This document shows, one piece after another, positions 1 to 11,548 of a DNA stretch of 64,000 bases. The position numbers and the translations under genes were made by a program. The notes under the pieces were generated by a model. It ran no database searches. It was not told the origin of the DNA and was given only the letters and a program-made list of their open reading frames with translations. Each line of letters opens with the position of its first letter. The stretch's first letter is position 1. Source of the stretch: Chiloscyllium plagiosum (taxonomy: Eukaryota); contig NC_057719.1 of NCBI RefSeq assembly GCF_004010195.1, positions 8,517,604 through 8,581,603 of the forward strand, in the 5' to 3' direction.

Positions 1-114
1 TATATATATATATTTCTGTATAATATATATTTTTGATTGTGTCTCCTTTTTTGTGTCATATTGTTGTTCAATTCTCCTTCCCCTCTTTTGTTAGTTTGTT
101 TTCTTTTGTCCGCT
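1..114 (-). other. Start of neurexin 3' UTR with (TA)n tract
   Basis: Directly follows the TAG stop on the minus strand. Confidence 0.8.
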
Positions 115-416
115 CTACACATAATACTCTTTATCCTTGTTTTTGTGCTTCTTACTGCTGCCTTTAGCGCTCTGCTGTTTCTCCTTGACAACAGAGCCGT
201 TGGTCTGTGCGGAGTTGCTGATATAATTGCGAGTCTCGTCCACCCGGTAGGAGCCTTCATCTCTGTTGCGGTACTTGTACATGGCATAGAGGAGGATCAG
301 GATGCAGAGAGCTGCTGCCGCCACAATCCCCACCACCATCCCGGTCGTGCTGCTGGATTCCCGCACCACCTCTGAGGCCCCAGGGCCCCGGCGCACTCCC
401 GGCTCCGTGGGGTTGG
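115..416 (-). CDS. NRXN3: Shortest acceptor form of the terminal exon (starts A-N-P-T)
   Basis: gtaatgtacccacag|CCAAC at 417/416, phase 1; this is the canonical SS5-minus junction shared by neurexins. Confidence 0.85.
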
Positions 417-737
417 CTGTGGGTACATTACGGAACATGGGTGAGGTGACTAGGGGACTCTTCAGCTTTGTACTGTCTACCTCGTACGCGGTGGGCAGGG
501 GAACCAACACCAAGCCGGGGTAGGGCTTCTGCTCACGCGTGTTCAACTTGCCCGCGGGCACTTTGGGCAACTTTCCGGGTGGCGCGGAGACTGCGGAACT
601 GAGCAGCTCAGGGGGAGAGGCCGTGGTAGCAGTCCTACCGGATTCAGACGCTTTGCTAGGTCTAAAGTCCTTGTACTCCCACTTGGGTGCGTGCGCTTTG
701 TAGCCACCTTCAAAGGCCGATGTGGACAAGGTCTTAT
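115..737 (-). CDS. NRXN3: Alternative internal acceptor of the terminal exon (starts D-K-T-L-S-T-S)
   Basis: ccttgtccttggtaacag|ATAAG at 738/737, phase 1, in frame; same position as the mammalian NRXN3 'DKSLSTS' acceptor. Confidence 0.65.
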
Positions 738-1037
738 CTGTTACCAAGGACAAGGTGGTGTGAAAATCTTCATCATCAGTAGGGGGTAGATTAGAGTCAA
801 GTGCCTCCCCTGAGCCATAACCAGATATCACCAAGCCAGCATCACAATCACCGTGGTCCTGCTCCGACAGGCAAGGTAACCCCACCTCAGGGATCATGGA
901 CAGGGAATCTTTGGTGTTCTCAATAATGGTGAGAAGGGGACGGAAGGTAGGGAGGAGGGAGATGAAGGGTGCACGAGTGGCGAGAGGAGGGATTGCTAAG
1001 GCCTCTTCTGTCACTACAGGGAAAACTAATTCACCTC
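115..1037 (-). CDS. NRXN3: Neurexin-3-like terminal coding exon (long SS5 form): O-glycosylated stalk, TM helix, cytoplasmic tail ending in PDZ-binding EYYV
   Basis: Translation GGELVFPVV...[11 protein letters not shown]...[57 protein letters not shown]...KNKDKEYYV* is the neurexin C-terminus, and the long insert is NRXN3-type. Acceptor ttctttctccttcaatcctag|GA at 1038/1037 is phase 1, matching the upstream exon. Stop TAG at 115-117. Orthology (NRXN3 vs a sister paralog) is not certain. Confidence 0.93.
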
Positions 1038-2079
1038 CTAGGATTGAAGGAGAAAGAAGCAAGTTAGAGACGAGAGACATGCTCGATCTTCCACACATAC
1101 GCACGTTTCTCTCCGGCCAAAGTAAAACCAAACCAAAGTCACACCACACAGAGATGCAATAGCTGAAAGGAAAGCACAGCCCTTAAACTTCCTCAGAGCA
1201 CAGCAAATCAAAAGTAAAAAAACTTGACACTAAACATTACAGTTTAAACATCAAGATTCAACACACACTTAACATAAGCAGTTATAGAGGAAAATGAATC
1301 AGAGTTTTTTTTATTATAAATGAAATTAACACACACACACACTAAAAAAAAAGCAATCCGGCCTACAGTACATCCAAGAAAGAAGAGAGGATATATATAT
1401 ATATACACACATATATATATATATGGTTTTATATATATACATTTACAGAAAAAATATATACCATGTAATTCTTCATCAACTTACATCAACAAATTGCCCG
1501 CATGATTTTGGCATGAAGAAAGAATTTATAAAAAAGAAAGTTGTGTAAGATGCTTTTGGACAAGATTTCTATATTGTTGTTGTGTTTGTACTTAGCAAAA
1601 AAAGTTGCTCGTTGACAAAATGATCACAAGGGGAGGCAACATCACATATACATCCACACCACACAACATGAAAAGTAACTCTGTACTAATAGATTATTCT
1701 TTACTGCTGTCGTCCGTTTTTAAAATATTTTAGGTATTACAAAAAAAAGACTGTACATTGTTTAATCTCGAACATCTCTTTTTGCTTGTTAAATATCTAC
1801 AAATCTAACACTTTCCTTTATTTTTCAAAATCTTTTACGCTGATATATATTTTCCTTTTTAAATTAAATCCTCTTTTGTTTTTAAATGTCTTTTCCTATT
1901 CTGACTTTGAAAGACTGGACGACTGATACTGTACATTTTTGTCAACGCTGCTAAAAGTTTTGGGGGGAGGTGGGGAGGTGGTGGAGGAGATGAAGGAGTG
2001 AGTGGGTGGGTGAGGAGGGGGTGGTGTGAAGGGAAGGGAAATGGTCTGTTTTAAAATGCTTTTTTTTTCAGATTCCACC

Positions 2080-2189
2080 CTATGAGTGCACTATGTGGGG
2101 GATGAAAATGACAGGAATGAACGTGTATAAAAGTTGCCATGTCCAGGTAAAGGTGGGACGTAGCGTTCTGCCAGCGTTAGAGCTTTTAG
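2080..2189 (-). CDS. NRXN3: SS5/AS5 alternative stop exon encoding a GPI-signal-like C-terminus: AKSSNAGRTLRPTFTWTWQLLYTFIPVIFIPHIVHS*
   Basis: Acceptor ccccatcccttccttacag| at 2190/2189, phase 1. The 36-aa peptide aligns without gaps to the mammalian NRXN3 insert as I recall it (ARSSNAARSLRAALTWTWRLTYTFTPIIFISCVVHS*). It is too short for the ORF track. Confidence 0.9.
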
Positions 2190-3951
2190 CTGTAAGGAAG
2201 GGATGGGGGATATACAAACAAATGAGCATATACATGCCCATCTATGGAAAAAAAACATAACTCTAACACTGACATTTCACAAACCCTAAACTGCAACTTC
2301 TTCATCATGCAGTCCATAGAGAGAGCAAGAGAGAGAGAGAAAGATAAATATTCTTTTTTAAAAAAAAACTTTTAACAGCTTTTCCCGAAAAAAATAAATA
2401 ATCATTAAAATCGTTCCAACTGCTCCCTCTACGTGAAACCACTTCAAACCGTGTGCACTGTAACTCTTCAACTTTGTTTTCCCACAATCTCCATGTGCTC
2501 CTTTAGCTGAAAATATTTCACTGGGTGCCAATGAATCCTGAGCATATCTTTCTCCTTTCTCGCCATTCTGGCAGGAATCAGCGACTAGGTGGAATTGGGG
2601 AATGTGGACAAAAGGCCCAAGTAAAATACACATGAAAAAGAATGTAAAAACAGCCATCCCATATGGAAGCAAACTTGAAGTTTGACTGGGAGAAAGGGAA
2701 CAAAGTCCACTGTGACTGGCCAGGAAAGGAGGTCTTATGATGTTGGTATCGCCTGGTAGATGTCTTGGATTCGAAAGGGTAAAACCAGAATTCCAGGGTA
2801 ATTATGGCGCAGTGTTAGCACCCCTACCTCTGAGCTTGGAGGTCCCAGTTTGAGTCCACTTGCTCCAGAGTTGTGTTGTATCATTCCTGAACTGGTTGCA
2901 TCATAGGAAGTTACTATGCAGTTACGGCAAGTAATGAGGAAAAGTAACTGAATCCAAGAGCAGGGAGCTTATGCTTCAGGACATTGATAGGACCACGTCT
3001 GGAGTACTGTGTATAGTATTGATCACCAGACTTACAGTAGTACTTTAAAGCATTGGAAGAAGTTCAGAGAAGGGTGGCATGGTGGCTCAGTGGTTCAGTG
3101 GTTAGCACTGCTGCCTCACAGCACCAGGGCCCCAGGTTCAATTCCTGCCTTGGGCAACTGTCTGTGTTGAGTTTGCACATTCTCCCCGTGTCTGCATGGG
3201 CTCCCTTTGGGTGCTCCAGTTTCCTCCCACAGTCCAAAGATGTGCAGGTCAGGTGAATTGGTGATGCTAAATTGCCTGTAGCGCTAGGTGAATTAGTCAG
3301 AGGGAAATGGGTCTGGGTGGGTTACTCTTCGGAGGGTCGGTTTGGACTGGTTGGGCTGAAGGGCCTGTTTCCGCACTATAGGGAATCTAAGGTTTACGAG
3401 ACTAATTCCTGGAATGAGCAGATTGCCTTATTAGGAAACATGAGAAAGAGATGGCCTTTTTCAATCCTTAGGGGACTTTTCTGATTGGATGCTGAAAGGA
3501 TGTTTTCTGTTGTGGGAGAATCTAGAACTAGGAGTCACAGTTTAAAAGAGAAGGGGGTGCACATTTATAACAGAGATGGGGAACCATTTTTTCTCTCAGA
3601 GGGTTGTGAGTATTTGGAATTCCCTTCCTCAAAAAGGCAGTGGATACAGAAGCTTTAGATATTTTTAAGGCAGAGGGAGATTATTGGGAATAGACTGAGG
3701 GGTGAACTTCTTGACGTTTATAAAATCATGAGGGGCGTGGATAGGGTGAATAGTCAAGGTCTTTTCCTCAGGGTAGGAGTCCAAAACCACAGGGCATAGG
3801 TTTAAGGTGAGAGGGGAAAGATTTTAATGGGACCTAAGGGGCAACTTTTTCAGGCACAGGGTAGTGCGTGTATAGAACAAGCTGTCAGAAGAAGTGGCGA
3901 TGGTGGGTACAGCTACAACATTTAAAAGGCATCTGGATGGGTATATGAATA

Positions 3952-4151
3952 TGGGAAAGTGAGGACTGCGGATATTGGAGATCAGAGTCGAGAGAGAGGT
4001 GCTGGAAAAGCACAGCAAGTCAGGCAGTATCCGAGGAGCAGGAGAATCAACGGTTCAGGATGATGAAGGGCTTATGCCTGAAACGTTGATTCTCCTGCTC
4101 CTCGGATGGTGCCTGAACTGCTGTGCTTTTCCAGCACCACACTCTTGACTC
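3952..4151. mobile_element. Palindromic Penelope-derived element inserted in a CR1 3' end; degenerate hammerhead
   Basis: Same arms as the other copies; 14-bp direct repeat tgggtatatgaata (3938-3951, 4152-4165). Confidence 0.8.
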
Positions 4152-4250
4152 TGGGTATATGAATAGAAAGGGCCAAATGCTGACAGATGGGACTAGATTA
4201 ATTTAGGACAGCATGGATCAGAGGGCCTGTGCTACTGTAAGACTCTACCA

Positions 4251-4570
4251 TGGGCGGCACGGTGGCACAGTGGTTAGCACTGCTGCCTCACAGCGCCAGA
4301 AACCTGGGTTCAATTCCCGCCTGGGGCAACTGTCTGTGTGGAGTTTGTACATTCTCCCCGCGTCTGCGTGGGTTTCCTCCGGGTGCTCCGGTTTCCTCCC
4401 ACAATCCAAAAATGTGCAGGTTAGGTGAATTGGCCATGCTAAATTGTCCTTAGTGTTAGGTGAAAGGGTAAATGTAGGGGAATGGGTCTGGGTGGGTTGC
4501 TCTTCGGAGGGTCGATGCAGACGTGTTGGGCCAAAGGGCCTGTTTCCACACTGTAAGTAATCTAATCATA
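4251..4570 (+). mobile_element. HE1-type tRNA-derived V-SINE, full length
   Basis: A box ggtggcacagtggttagc, B box gggttcaattcc, V-domain gtgtggagtttg...ggtttcctccgggtgctccggtttcctccc, and a 3' tail shared with the CR1/HER1 LINE. Confidence 0.92.
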
Positions 4571-7500
4571 TTGAATGGTGGAGTAGGGCTCAAAGGGCCG
4601 AGTGGACTACTTCTGTTCTTTGTGCGAGAAGAACATTTCTACCTTGAGGTTCCATCTGCTCCATAGGTGTTTAAGAACCCCTCTGAACAGGTTCGTGAGA
4701 AATATAGTCATCCGCACATTGTAGGGATGACATATAAAACCAGAATTCTGGATGCATTCAGACAGTAAAAAACATTTGGTCTTGTTTATACTGGAGTCAA
4801 TGGACCAACACGGTACACGTGGATGCATATCAAGGTGGTTTGACAGCGTTTGGCCGAAGTGGGGAGGTCAGGCACAGGCTGGAGTTGGGGAAGGGGTGGG
4901 TGCACGATGGGGTGGAAGTGTGGGAGGCATCCAATCTGCCCTGATCCACCGCCTCATCCAAGCTGTGAAAGAGATTTGCTTCAACAGGCCGATCGCCACG
5001 GTAACCATCCGGCAAAGGGAGAAACGGGCATTTTCTGGATAAATACGTATTTTAAAAAAAAATCCCCCAGCCACCCCTCCCACCCCACCGTATGGAATCT
5101 GCTGTCACGCATTGAAGTGGTTTGACCCTCACAGAAAAAAAGAAGAAAATTATCAGCACAAATATTTTGGTTTTTTTTCTCAATAAAATGTTAATCAGAA
5201 TCCAAAAAAAACTTCACAATTTTAAAAAAGAAACAAAGGCACCCAAACATTAAAAAAGTTGACAAAAACAATGACTTGTTTCCCCCAGAAACTGGGAGGA
5301 AAGTCTAAATCAAAGCAAAATATTTTAACCCCTTCACCTCCTCAACACATTCTTCATAGAAAACCAGCCAAGTACACAGCTACAGAGAGTAAATGGGAAC
5401 TCAAATATTTCCTGGTGAATTGAGGCGACTTTATCTCTCATTTACTGCAATTTCTCCTTAAATTTTACTTTGTTTTTAAATGAGAGAGAGAGAGAGAAAA
5501 AAAAACTTTTGAAAATTTTCTGTGTGTAAAAGTGAGTGCGGTCTGGTTGTACGTCAATACAGAGGTTGAAGAATTGGCTGAAAGTGGGGTCATCTTTATT
5601 GCAAGTGTTAATAATGCATGCTTAAAGTAAGTTGCATTTAGGGCAAGTTTGAGAACAGAACAGCAAGCTAGAGCAAAGGTTAGCAGGAGAGAGAAAGGTC
5701 AAAGGTTAGGAGAGCACAGTGTTTTTATATTAAACAGCATCATTTGGCAAGTCATTCTGGGGGAGGGGGGGAGGGGGGAGGCAAGAAAGGGGGTTGGCAG
5801 GGGAATTGCAATAATTCCACAAAACAGCACTAAGTTTTGCAAACACAGGAAAACATCTTCAGAAGATATCACAAATACATTGGTTTCTTTTTTCTCCAAT
5901 TGCTTAATTTCTGAACGTCTGGTCAAATTGACCATTTTCACAGCTGCAAATGCTTTTCACAAAAGGAATCTGTCCTATCTCCAGATGCTGATTAGTACCA
6001 GTGATAAACATGGCTTGTCCCAGACATTAGCGCACACTGTGAAGCCAAATGGATTAAGCTATGGGTTTTTTTTTCGCAAACTCCCTACTTGCTCTGAGGA
6101 TGGAAACTCACTCCCCCCTCTGCGCACCCCAATTCCACAGCACGACGCAAATTAAATTTCAAAACTTAGCCACCTTCTGCGCCTCACATTTATTTCCCAA
6201 GGGGAGCTTCTGATCTGACACTCAAGCCATCAGCAATGCCACCTCGGTAACACCAACCCAATTCACTGCTGTCTCAGCTCATCCACTGTGGAAGCCTTCA
6301 CTCATGCTTTCATGCCTTACTTGAGAAGGGTGGCAGTTTAGACAAGGTTCACTAGATTGGTTCTGGAGATGAGGGGCTTTTCTTATGAAGAGAGATTGAG
6401 TAGTTTACTGTCTTGAGTTTAGAAAAATGAGAGGATGTCTAAATGAGAATGACAAAGCAGACACAAGGCAGATGCTTCTGCATGTGGGACAATTTAGAAT
6501 AAGAGGTCATAAGTCATAGATAAGGAAGCAGGTTTGAAACAGAGATGAGGAGGAATTAGGTCTTTCGGAGGGTTCATGGAATTCAATACCCCAGAGTCTG
6601 ATGAATGACAGGGCAATGAATATATTTAAGGAGGAAGTGGATGTGGTTTTCATCAGCAATGGGTTAAAGGGTTCTGACAGCATACACCTTTTGTAAAACC
6701 TGTACCTTTGGCCAAACATTTGGTGATTTTACCAACTTCCCTGGAATGATATTGCCTTGTTATGTGGACCTCTGAGGTGGCAGGAGTCTGAAAACCAGGA
6801 GTGGACAATGGGCACTCCGATTGGAGTGCACAGAACATCTGAAGGGGCTATGTTGCTTAGAGGGACTGTTGCTGATAACTCCCTACATGGCTCAGTATCA
6901 TAATGGAATGACCCTGGGAAGCAGCTTCAGAGGTTTCATTATCTTAAAGCGGAGACATCAATATAACTTGTTTGCCGCTGTTGCTTTTGTTCGTTATTCC
7001 CAAGCAGAGAATTTCTGGAAGGATAGCAGGAGAGATGGCCATTCAGCCTCTTTAGCTCTCTGTCCTAGCATTCAATCAAATCTGACTGATCTGTATCTTA
7101 ACTCCATTTACCGGCCTTGACTCCATTTCCTTTAATGCATTTGTCAACTAAAAACCAACTGCTGCAGTTGCCTGAATTGGCAGTGAGCATTCCAACACCA
7201 ATTAAATGGAATAGCTGAGTGGGTAATGACAGCTCCAATTCCATGCCCCTGTATCTGTGGCTATCTGCCAACCATTAATCAGCCTGGCGACGTTCAACTG
7301 AAGAATCTGCCAGCAACTCTCCATCGGACAAGGTTCGTTCCTGGCTGGCAAGAAGTATCAATTTGGCTATTGGTCACTATTGGTGGCACAGTGGCTCATT
7401 GGTTAGCACTGTTGCCTCACAGTGCCAGAGACCTGGGTTCGAATCCAACCTTAGGCAACTGTCTGTGTGGAGTTTGCACATTCTCCCCGTGTCTGTGTGG

Positions 7501-8799
7501 GTTTCCTCCAGTGCTCCAGTTTCCTCCCCCAATCCAAAGATGTGCAGATTAAGTGAATTGCCCGTGCTAAATTGCCCATAGTATTCAGAGATGTGTAGGT
7601 TAGGTGCATTAGTAATGTAATTGTGCATCTTCTGTGGAGGGTCGGTGTGGACTTGTTGGGCTGAAGGGCCTGTTTCCACATTGTAGGGATTCTATGAACC
7701 TGTGGCCATTATTTCAGTGGTGAGTGTTGCAGACATTAGACCTCAGACCGATGCAGGTTTATATCTTCAGTGTGCTTTAAAGTGTCTGTTCCACGCTCCT
7801 TGTTGTAGTCTCTGGCAATCTCTCTATTTCATTAGACTTCTCTCTCAAGTTGCAGACCTGGTCAGTCTGTTATACTACTGGGGGAGAGTGGTGCTGTCCA
7901 AGGTGCTGCCCGTCAGCGAAGGTGGAGGAAGAGGCCATGTGGCTGATAGCCAAACATCATAAAACTGCATCAAACGTCTTTTCATTTTCAAATTGGTGTA
8001 ACAAGGTAGTCTGTCATAAACTTGGAAGCATTTTATTAAAGAATAACTTTATTCATACATGAGATCTGAGCATCTGGGCCAGCATTTACTGATAGTTTGG
8101 GGCTAGTGGATGGGTTCAATGATGGTAACACCATTGAAATCCAAGAAGTGATGGCTAGATTGTCCCCTGTTGGAGATGGACATTGCCTGGAACTCTTATG
8201 CCATGTGTGTAACTTGCCACTTTCCAGCCCAACCCTGAATATTGTCCACATCTTGCTGCATTTAACCACCAACAGTATCTGAGGAATCGTGAATGGTGCT
8301 GAACGTTGTGCAATCATCAGTGAACATTTCCATCTTTGACCTTATGATGGAGTGAAGAACATTGATGAAGCAGCTGAAGATGGTTGGGCCTAGGACACTA
8401 CCCTAAGGAACTCCTGCAGAGATGTCCTGGAGCTGACATAACTGACCTCCAACAGTCACAACCATCTTCAGCTATGACTCCAACCAGCAAAGAACTTGCC
8501 CCCTGAGAACCATTGATTCTAATTTTGTTAGGGATGCTTGATGCCACACTCAGTCAAATGCAGCCTTGATGTCAAGGGCTGTAATTTGCACCTCACCTCA
8601 GGAAATCAGCTCTCTTGTTCATGTTTGAACCAAGGCTGTAATGAGACCGGGGCTGAGTGAGACTGGTTGAACCCAAACTGGTTAACCCTTCCATCACTTT
8701 ACTAATGATGGAGAGTAGACTGATGGGGCAGTAATTGGCTGGTTGAATTTGTCCTGCTTTTTAAAAACAGCTGGGCAATTTTCCACATTGTCAGGCAGA

Positions 8800-10148
8800 T
8801 GTCCAGATTACAGAGGAGGAAGTGCTGGATGTCTTGAAATGGTTAAAGGTGGATAAATCCCCAGGACCTGATCAGGTGTACCCAAGAACTCTGTGGGAAG
8901 CTAGAGAAGTGATTGCTGGGCCTCTTGCTGAGATACTTGTATCATCGATAGTCACAGGTGAAGTGCCGGAAGACTGGAGGTTGGCAAACGTGGTGCCACA
9001 GTTTAAGAAGGGTGGTAAAGACAAGCCAGGAAACTATAGATCAGTGAGCCTGACATCGGTGGTGGGCAAGTTGTTGGAGGGAATCCTGAGGGAAAGGAGG
9101 TACATGTATCTGGAAAGGCAAGGACTGATTCGGGATAGTCAACATGGCTTTGTGCGTGGGAAATCATGTCTCACAAACTTGATTGAGTTTTTTGAAGAAG
9201 TAACAAAGAAGATTGATGAGGGCAGAGCAGTAGATGTGATCTATATGGACTTCAGTAAGGCGTTCACAAGGTTCCCCATGGGAGACTGATTAGCAAGGTT
9301 AGATCTCACGGAATACAGGGAGAACTAGCCATTTGGATAAAGAACTGGCTCAANNNNNNNNNNNNNNNNNNNNNNNNNNNNNNNNNNNNNNNNNNNNNNN
9401 NNNNNNNNNNNNNNNNNNNNNNNNNNNNNNNNNNNNNNNNNNNNNNNNNNNNNNNNNNNNNNNNNNNNNNNNNNNNNNNNNNNNNNNNNNNNNNNNNNNN
9501 NNNNNNNNNNNNNNNNNNNNNNNNNNNNNNNNNNNNNNNNNNNNNNNNNNNNNNNNNNNNNNNNNNNNNNNNNNNNNNNNNNNNNNNNNNNNNNNNNNNN
9601 NNNNNNNNNNNNNNNNNNNNNNNNNNNNNNNNNNNNNNNNNNNNNNNNNNNNNNNNNNNNNNNNNNNNNNNNNNNNNNNNNNNNNNNNNNNNNNNNNNNN
9701 NNNNNNNNNNNNNNNNNNNNNNNNNNNNNNNNNNNNNNNNNNNNNNCGTCGGAGGCTGAGGGGTGACCTTATAGAGGTTTACAAAATTATGAGGGGCATG
9801 GATAGGATAAATAGACAAAGTCTTTTCCATAGGTTCGGGGAGTCCAGAACTAGAGGGCATAGGTTTAGGGTGAGAGGGGAAAGATATAAAAGAGACCTAG
9901 GGGGCAGCTTTTTCATGCAGAGGGTGGTACGTGCATGGAATGAGCTGCCAGAGAAAGTGGTGGAGGCTAGTACAATTGCAACATTTAAGAGGCATTTAGA
10001 CGTGTATATGAATAGGAAGGGTTTGGAGGGATATGGGCCGGATGCTGGCAGGTGGGATTAGGTTGGGTTGGGATATCTGGTCGGCATAGATGGGTTGGAC
10101 CAAAGGGTCTGTTTCCATGCTGTACATCTCTATGACTCTATGACTCTA
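8800..10148 (+). mobile_element. 5'-truncated CR1/HER1-type LINE (RT region plus 3' tail), contains assembly gap
   Basis: KSPGPD...GNYRSVSLTSVVGK...QHGFVRGKSCLTNLIEFF...YMDFSKAF; ends in a (ctctatga)n tail. Confidence 0.93.
9354..9746. other. Assembly gap (393 N)
   Basis: Run of N. Confidence 1.
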
Positions 10149-11404
10149 TGTTGTAGGGGCTTGGCTATGGGAGCGGCATGTTATTAGAGCACAAGTCTTC
10201 AGTGCTATTGCCAGAATGTTGTCAGGACCCATAGCCTTTGCGGTATCCAGTGTCTCCAACTGTTTATTGAAATCATGTGGAGTCAATCAAATTGACCCAA
10301 GACTGGCATGTGTGATCTGGGGACCACTGGAGGAGGCCGAGATGGATTATCCACTTGGCATTTCTTGCTGAAGAATATTGCAAATGCTTGAGCCTTTGCA
10401 CTGAGGTGTTGGGCTGTCCCATTATTGAGGATGGGGACATTTGTGGAGATCCCATCTCTTCTTGGTTACAGGACTATCCAGCACCATTCATGACTAGATA
10501 AGAACCTAAGACCTAGGAGCAGGTGTAGGCAAATCGGCCCCTTGAGCCTATTCTAGCATTTAACACAATCATGGCTGATCTCATCTTGGCTTCAACTCCA
10601 CATTCCCACTTATTCTCCATAACCTTTCAACCTGTTACTGATTAAATATTTGTCTATATCCTCCTTAAATGCAGTCAGTGTCCCAGCATTCATGCACCAG
10701 GGGTAGTGAATCCCACAGATTCATGATCCTTTGAGAGAAATAATTCCTCTTTATCTCAGTGTTAAATCTGCTACCCTTTATCCTAAAGATATGATCTCTC
10801 GGTCTAGATTGCCCCAGGTAAGAGACTATTTTCTCTGTGTCTACTTTGTTCATCCCTTTTAGTACCTTGTTTACCTCAATTAAATCAACTCTCATCCTTC
10901 TAAACTTGAGACAGTGTAGGTCCAAACTGCTCAATCCCTCCTCATATTTCAAGCCCTTCATCTCTAAGGATCAATCAAGTCAACCTTCTGTGTAATAGGG
11001 GACTATGGAGCTTCGATCTGATCCATTCACTGTGGGATCACTTAGCCTGGTCTACTGCATACAGCTCCTGTTGTTCAGTATGCAGGTTTTCCTATGTCGT
11101 AGGTTCACAAGGTTGACACGTCATTTGTAAGAACTTGTCATTGAGTCAGGGTTGATCCCCTTCTTGGATAGTAATGGTTGAGTGGGGAATATGCCAGGCC
11201 ATACGGTCACAGATTGCAATTGAATATAATTCTGCTGCAGTTGGAGCTCACGTGGATGCCTAGGTTTGGGTTGCTAGATCTGTTTAAAGTCTGTCCCATT
11301 TAGCACAGTGACAGTGCCACACAACGCGATGGGTCATCTGATATTGTGATGGGCAAATACATCTGCTGGGTGGCCAACTGTGGGGTAGGTGGATGGGGGG
11401 GAAA

Positions 11405-11548
11405 TGTGTGTGTTTGTGTCCCTATCTGTGTGTGTCTCTGTGCGTGTGTCTCAATGTGAGTACATTTGTGTGTGTCTGTGCGTATGTGTGTGTTTGTGTT
11501 TGTGTCTCTGTGTGCGCGCATGTGTGTGTTTGTGTTTGTGTGTGTGTG
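11405..11548. repeat. Degenerate (TG)n microsatellite
   Basis: Seen directly. Confidence 0.9.

Larger units (their letters stand above)
8090..11350 (-). mobile_element. Old non-LTR retroelement of a second family (CR1/L2 group) in three pieces (~8090-8800, 10150-10500, 10990-11350), split by later CR1 insertions
   Basis: Minus-strand RT motifs (gtgtcctaggcccaaccatcttcagctgcttcatcaatg, cttgacatcaaggctgcatttgac). Related pieces lie at 18530-18900 (EYSPLVWVGAAPIALKKLDTIQDKAA), 57860-58080 and 62300-62500. Confidence 0.7.

Noticed and set aside
1038..1149. N-terminal part of the 344-aa ORF (MWCDFG...LSPSIL)
   Set aside because: Intronic read-through upstream of the acceptor at 1037; it includes the polypyrimidine tract and has no neurexin similarity.
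37..1162. Plus-strand ORFs 37-375, 302-523 and 896-1162
   Set aside because: Antisense shadows of the neurexin exon.
4251..4330. tRNA-like A/B boxes, repeated many times
   Set aside because: These are SINE heads followed by V-domain and LINE tail; no complete tRNA cloverleaf gene is supported.
9306..10061. Long ORFs containing X runs
   Set aside because: They span the N gap inside a CR1.
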